Assembly (NCBI GenBank): GCA_965261915.1
Contig: CBDHDW010000013.1
Location: 551,663-615,662, forward strand
Direction: 5' to 3'
DNA from: Candidatus Poriferihabitaceae bacterium
Lineage (GTDB): Bacteria > Pseudomonadota > Gammaproteobacteria > Arenicellales > Poriferihabitantaceae
Length of the DNA stretch: 64,000 bases
This document shows positions 59,312-64,000 of this stretch, piece after piece; positions within the stretch are counted from its first letter, which is position 1, and each line of letters opens with the position of its first letter. Under the pieces are notes generated by a model. The model was given only the letters and a program-made list of their open reading frames with translations, did no database searches and was not told the origin of the DNA. Position numbers and translations under genes: made by a program.

Positions 59312-60820
59312 CTATCCCTCATCGCGTGTAACAACCAACTGAAAACCAGTCGCAATCAAATAGGACTCTTCCGCTTTTAGATCAAAAATGGTCAATGGGT
59401 GTTCGTTCCACCAAATTTGGTCAACCACCAGGAAAATCGTCGTACCCGTCGCTGAGACCCTGAGGTTTTTAATATCAACATCCGTTCTTCCACGATATAT
59501 CGCAATTGCAAGCCTTAACAATATGGTTAATTTAATCACTCGCTGCAGCAATTCCTTATCGTGCCAAGCGTTATGACCCGTACTGATTTTCTGCCTGCTG
59601 TTTCGAAGGATCATCGATAAGACTCTCTGGATCTGGCGTGAAAATCCGTCTATATCGCTGTTCTCAACAATGTAAGCACTGTGCTGATGGTGATGACTAT
59701 ATGAAACGGCCATTCCAACTTCGTGCAGCTGCGCCGCCCAGTATAGTAGCTTCCACTCTATATCCTGATTCAGTTCCCACTGATCCCTGATTTGGTGGAA
59801 AAACTTTTGACTAAGAACCCTAACTCTTTCACTCTGTTTTTCATCGGTTTGAAACTGAGTGACCAGTGTATTTACACCACTAAATCTTGAATCCCGATTC
59901 TGCAATCGCCCAATCAATTCGTACGCTACGCCTTCTCTTAACGCACCCTGCGAAATATCCATTCTTTCGATGCTCAGATCGCGAAAAATAGTCGACAAAA
60001 TAATGAAACCGCCGATAAAGACTGGGCGTCTTTGTTCGGAAACCGCATCAAGCGCATCGCTCCTGCCTTGCTCAAGAGTCCATTCAGCAATGCACTCTAG
60101 CCCCTCTTTCGATATCCAGTCTCGTTCAATCCCCAAAGTTCTGGCTACACTGTCGATGGATTTAATCGTACCTGAAGTTCCCACTACTTCGTCCCAACCT
60201 GCCAATCGATAGCGTTCAATTACAGTTTCAAGTTCGCGACGGACGACATGCTGAGCTTGTAAAATTCTTGATTTCGTGATGCCACCGTCGTCAAATATTT
60301 TTCGAGTCAAGCTCACACAACCCATGTACAAACTATCCATAATCAAAGGCTGAAACGCCTTACCAATGGTTAATTCAGTACTCCCCCCGCCAATATCGAT
60401 AACCAGCCGTTTTTTATCACTAACCGAAAGATCGAACGCCGCTCCCAAATAAACCAGGCGAGCCTCTTCGTGTCCCGATACAATGGAAATTGGATGGCCA
60501 AGAGCCTGTTCAGCCAGCAACAGAAACTCCCGACTATTCTTGGCCACTCTAAACGTGTTTGTACCAACTGCGCGAATTCTATGTGAAGGAATCGATTTCA
60601 ATCTTTGTTGAAACCGCTTTAAACAGGCCAGCGCTTTGTCTTGCGTTTTGGTTGATAACAAACCGGATTCATCCAGACCTGCACCCAGCCGAATCATTTC
60701 TCGAACCTTGTCGACAATGGTTATTGAGCCATCTTCGGTTTCCTTTGTGATGACCATATGAAAACTATTTGACCCAAGGTCAATAGCAGCCACATAGTTG
60801 TCTTTGTCGCTTTTATTCAA
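59312..60820 (-). CDS. ppx: Exopolyphosphatase / guanosine pentaphosphate phosphohydrolase (Ppx/GppA family)
   Basis: AAIDLGSNSFHMV.., DIGGGSTE, and a C-terminal HD-like region; 502 aa. Confidence 0.85.
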   Translation of the reverse strand: MNKSDKDNYVAAIDLGSNSFHMVITKETEDGSITIVDKVREMIRLGAGLDESGLLSTKTQDKALACLKRFQQRLKSIPSHRIRAVGTNTFRVAKNSREFLLLAEQALGHPISIVSGHEEARLVYLGAAFDLSVSDKKRLVIDIGGGSTELTIGKAFQPLIMDSLYMGCVSLTRKIFDDGGITKSRILQAQHVVRRELETVIERYRLAGWDEVVGTSGTIKSIDSVARTLGIERDWISKEGLECIAEWTLEQGRSDALDAVSEQRRPVFIGGFIILSTIFRDLSIERMDISQGALREGVAYELIGRLQNRDSRFSGVNTLVTQFQTDEKQSERVRVLSQKFFHQIRDQWELNQDIEWKLLYWAAQLHEVGMAVSYSHHHQHSAYIVENSDIDGFSRQIQRVLSMILRNSRQKISTGHNAWHDKELLQRVIKLTILLRLAIAIYRGRTDVDIKNLRVSATGTTIFLVVDQIWWNEHPLTIFDLKAEESYLIATGFQLVVTRDEG

Positions 60821-61024
60821 GACGATTTATGAATTGCATGGTGGTGAGAAGGACACGCGACGCGTGAAACCAAAGAAAGTTAAGTAACGAATTGTGCCCG
60901 TTGATGAATATCCGCACAAGTCGAGCTTTTATCCAGCAAGCTTGAATGAAAAACAAAGACTAGCCATTTGCATACGGCCCACGGATCAATGACTTTTTGC
61001 GAAAATTCGCGAGGCAAGACAAAA

Positions 61025-62008
61025 CTACTCGGATAAAGCAATACCCATTGCAAGAAATTCGACTGTGTCAGCAGGGACTTCACCCATTACCGTTACACGA
61101 TAATTGTTTACGGTAGTTCTAAACGCATGAACTGCTCCCATTTTACTAAGACCGGACATTCCGCTTTGTCCTTCGTTCGCCTGTTTGATAAAAATAGAAA
61201 CCGTGGATAATCCGTCTGTCAATACCATATGCTCTACTTCATTCGCATCCATTGGAGACATCCTGCGTACATGATTACTCATTTCAAAACCGGTAGGCAT
61301 ATTTTGTAATTGCCAATGGGTTTTATCCGCTGGAGCAGTGGAGGGGGTGTTGTTTCCAAACATTTGCAGTTCATCTGTATCGCTTACAGGCTGAAGATCA
61401 GCATCCGGAATATCACCGCCAATTTGAATTTCAACAAACAAATACTGTTCGATGATCTCGTTTTGATTATTAACCAGATCTGAGCGAAGTAACAATCCAC
61501 TCTCTGTATCAACCCAAAGGTCATATCCATAGCGATACTGATCATTCGGGATAACACGAATCTGTTTTGCTTCCCGATCCGCTATTCTCTCCATGTTGCC
61601 TTCTTCGAAATGATAATTCTTTGAAAGTGCCTCCAGATCGCTGGGCAGGATTTTTGGAAATCCGCTTTCACTTGACTGTCGATAATCGTGAACCGCAATA
61701 TTCTTGTCAGGTATGAAACGCCAAACTTTATTCATGTCACGGATCACTTCCCTGGGCTCTCCGTTCAAAGAATACAGGCGTTCCTGCATTACGCCATCTT
61801 CTATTTTTCGGGCGACCTGCATAGCCTCAATTTTGCCATCGTGGGAATAAACAAAGGAACCCGAAAAATTCACATTCGACGCAGCATCATTTATTTTCAT
61901 CAACCACGATGAAGTATCAGAAAACACATAAAATGGTAATAAAACCAGGGCAATGACACTCAAGATATTCTGAGTTGTGCCATTTGATTGATTCGTTGCC
62001 GTTGTCAT
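61025..62008 (-). CDS. rseB: Sigma-E regulatory protein RseB/MucB
   Basis: Third gene of the rpoE-rseA-rseB order. Has a signal peptide, then ..WLMKINDAASNVNFSGSFVY..; ATG at 62008. Confidence 0.8.
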   Translation of the reverse strand: MTTATNQSNGTTQNILSVIALVLLPFYVFSDTSSWLMKINDAASNVNFSGSFVYSHDGKIEAMQVARKIEDGVMQERLYSLNGEPREVIRDMNKVWRFIPDKNIAVHDYRQSSESGFPKILPSDLEALSKNYHFEEGNMERIADREAKQIRVIPNDQYRYGYDLWVDTESGLLLRSDLVNNQNEIIEQYLFVEIQIGGDIPDADLQPVSDTDELQMFGNNTPSTAPADKTHWQLQNMPTGFEMSNHVRRMSPMDANEVEHMVLTDGLSTVSIFIKQANEGQSGMSGLSKMGAVHAFRTTVNNYRVTVMGEVPADTVEFLAMGIALSE

Positions 62009-62059
62009 TTTTTGCGCATTTTTAACTGGAAACGCTGAAAGCAATTTCGATTTAGCCCA

Positions 62060-62614
62060 TCATTGTTTTAACGGTTCATTACTAACCAGCTTGGCGTAGG
62101 CAACTAAACCATTTAAACCCGAGGTCGCAGAAAACTCGCCATGTACAGATAACATTTCACCAAACTCCTGAGCGAAAAGCTGTTTCTCGTCAGTGATAAT
62201 TTCTCCACTACCTGAATCCACCTCTTCTGTAACCACTAATTGTTTTGAAGAAGTTGAGTCCGGTAATGGATTCACCACAAAAACCGCAACCAGCGCTATT
62301 GAAGCGGCTACAGCAAACATTGCTATTGGGCGCCATATATCGTTTGCCGGCGTTGAGTCTTTCAATTGTTTTGCGATAGCCGCTGGCGCCAATACCGTAG
62401 GCTCCCGATCGACAGCCTGGGATATCCTTGCACTTAAGTCAGAACCGGCAGAGGAGATTTCACCGCGCATAATGTTCCCTATCAAGTGATAATTAACCCA
62501 GGATTGAGCTGATTCTCTGGAGGCAGACAGCTCATCAACGGCATCAGACTGCTGCTGATCCGTTAATTCACAATCAATTAATTCGGACAGTTTTCGGTTC
62601 ATCGTTTTATTCAA
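62060..62614 (-). CDS. rseA: Anti-sigma-E factor RseA/MucA
   Basis: N-terminal LSELIDCEL....W.NYHLIGNIMRGE pattern, a central TM helix, and its position after rpoE. Confidence 0.8.
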   Translation of the reverse strand: MNKTMNRKLSELIDCELTDQQQSDAVDELSASRESAQSWVNYHLIGNIMRGEISSAGSDLSARISQAVDREPTVLAPAAIAKQLKDSTPANDIWRPIAMFAVAASIALVAVFVVNPLPDSTSSKQLVVTEEVDSGSGEIITDEKQLFAQEFGEMLSVHGEFSATSGLNGLVAYAKLVSNEPLKQ

Positions 62615-62703
62615 CTTTGGGTTTTGCTATGCTTTAGTGTTTTATTTCTCGTGCAAGTTCAATCAATTAGCTGTTTTATCATCAAATCATGCAGGCTTTT
62701 TGC

Positions 62704-63282
62704 CTAGTCATCTACGTAATCCGAAATTGCGCTTTCAATTGCTTCCCTTGCCCTGAATATACGGGATCGAACAGTACCAATCGGACATTCCATAACCTCG
62801 GCAATATCCTCATAACTGAGTCCTTCCAGTTCACGCAGCTGTATCGCTTCTTTTAATTCTTCAGGCAAATCCCGAATGGATCGTTTTACTGCATCGACCA
62901 GTTGATCATTTTCAAAAACCTTATCCGGGGCATTACTTTCCACCAGACCGTCGGCTCCTCTGGAGTGAACCACATCGTCCATATCCACATCCTGAGCCGG
63001 CGGCCGGCGGCCTGAAGCGACAAGGTAGTTTTTTGCTGTATTGACACTGATACGATACAACCAGGTATAAAACGCACTGTCACCGCGAAAACGCCCGATT
63101 GCCCTGTATGCCTTAATAAAGGCTTCCTGAACGATATCTTCCTGTTCAGTGGGATCTTTTACAAACCGGCTAATCAGATTTTTGATCCTGAACTGATACT
63201 TTTGAACCAACAGGTTAAAAGCTTGCTTATCACCGTTTTGCACACGTTGAACAAGTAATATGTCGTTGTCTTCCTGCTCCAT
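62704..63282 (-). CDS. rpoE: ECF RNA polymerase sigma factor RpoE (sigma-24)
   Basis: DILLVQRVQNGDKQAFNLLVQKYQ.. and a region 4 HTH, LSYEDIAEVMECPIGTVRSRIFRAREA. I prefer the ATG at 63282 (192 aa). Confidence 0.9.
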   Translation of the reverse strand: MEQEDNDILLVQRVQNGDKQAFNLLVQKYQFRIKNLISRFVKDPTEQEDIVQEAFIKAYRAIGRFRGDSAFYTWLYRISVNTAKNYLVASGRRPPAQDVDMDDVVHSRGADGLVESNAPDKVFENDQLVDAVKRSIRDLPEELKEAIQLRELEGLSYEDIAEVMECPIGTVRSRIFRAREAIESAISDYVDD

Positions 63283-63459
63283 ACTCTGGATTTTACTTTT
63301 TGCTGCTTTTTGAATTCTTTTTAAAATGGATACGATGCGAACTACCGGAAGCATTTTGGTGACTCGCACCATAGTTTATCCGATAGCCCGGAATTTTCAC
63401 AGCGCGAAAGCACGCATGTTGCACTGGTCTTCTCAGAAGAATCTATAAACCCAGGGTAT

Positions 63460-64000
63460 TCACTCCAGAGCATCGTTCTTCGGTTGACGAATATCGACCA
63501 CGATTAACTGCAGTTTGCGTTTATTTCGAAATTCATTTACATCGAGCTGAAATACCAGATCGACTTCATCCAGAACGGGGAAAGTTTCACCCTTATTTAC
63601 CGCTCTGAAAGCGATGGCATCGAACGATTTTCCGGTTTTTCCACAGATCAAACTCATTTTTAAATGAATGTCGCCGACCAGGCGCGATGTCGACACTGTG
63701 AATCTGCCTTCAAATAATGGTACGGGAAATCCCTGGCCCCAGGGCGAAATGGTGCGAATTTCTTCCGCCAATTCCAGATCAAGCTCCATAGACGGAATCA
63801 ATCCATCAGTAATCAAGACGTCAGGATCATTGCTTAAGGAAAAATGCTTTTGAGTAGCGCTTGCAAATTGTGCTTGAAATTCAGCGAGTCGGCTAGCTGA
63901 CAAAGTCAATCCCGCCGCCATGGAATGGCCACCGAATTTGTCAATTAATTGCGGGTTCTTAGCCTGAATTTCTTCGAGCAAATCTCGAATATGCAGCCCC
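63460..64000 (-). CDS. recJ: Single-stranded-DNA-specific exonuclease RecJ, C-terminal part (5' part lies right of the window)
   Basis: ..FGGHSMAAGLTL.. and a C-terminal OB-like region. The ORF is open to the window edge. Confidence 0.8.
   Translation of the reverse strand, partial: GLHIRDLLEEIQAKNPQLIDKFGGHSMAAGLTLSASRLAEFQAQFASATQKHFSLSNDPDVLITDGLIPSMELDLELAEEIRTISPWGQGFPVPLFEGRFTVSTSRLVGDIHLKMSLICGKTGKSFDAIAFRAVNKGETFPVLDEVDLVFQLDVNEFRNKRKLQLIVVDIRQPKNDALE

Noticed and set aside
60880-61083. 67-aa ORF in the rseB-ppx gap as a possible rseC remnant
   Set aside because: It overlaps the rseB 3' end, has no similarity to the RseC pattern I recall (N-terminal Cys motif plus two TM helices), and has no ribosome-binding site.
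63283-63459. Sigma-E-dependent autoregulatory promoter upstream of rpoE
   Set aside because: No acceptable GGAACTT-N15/16-TCAAA match was found on the minus strand, so it is not annotated.

Overview
This looks like a gammaproteobacterial chromosomal segment, moderately AT-rich. Ordinary housekeeping and stress genes are interleaved with a very heavy load of insertion sequences. The housekeeping set includes an alaX-like editing protein, oxyR, a rubrerythrin/Fe-S/DUF3501 cluster, htpX, a Prx5-type peroxiredoxin, lutABC, pyrF, mltD, fumA and an lpxL-like acyltransferase. It also includes an omega-transaminase, sco, tadA-guaA-guaB, prc, avtA, ppx, rpoE-rseA-rseB and the recJ 3' end. About 19 kb (~30%) of the window is IS-derived. 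There are four IS1634-family copies, each with a long target duplication (254, >=130, 126 and 246 bp), and one of them is nested inside another. There are three near-identical single-ORF IS66-family copies. A 10.4-kb block (36016..46433) consists only of nested, truncated and frameshifted IS remnants: a second IS66 type, two IS1595/ISXO2-like copies, two IS5-like elements, an IS3 fragment and one IS1634 copy. Host genes on both sides of that block are truncated. Four non-IS items deserve a second look. (1) A ~1-kb tandem duplication carries two DUF1640-like tail-anchored coiled-coil paralogues whose 7/11-residue modules are shuffled. (2) That duplication is flanked by variable heptanucleotide arrays and a perfect G/C hairpin. 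(3) rbr, an HdrD-like Fe-S gene, DUF3501 and oxyR form an operon-like cluster. (4) A double-ATP-cone 2-phosphoglycerate-kinase-like gene is translationally coupled to an archaeal-type ApgM-like gene. I recognised no rRNA, tRNA or CRISPR array by eye. All product calls come from motif and family recognition without database searches.
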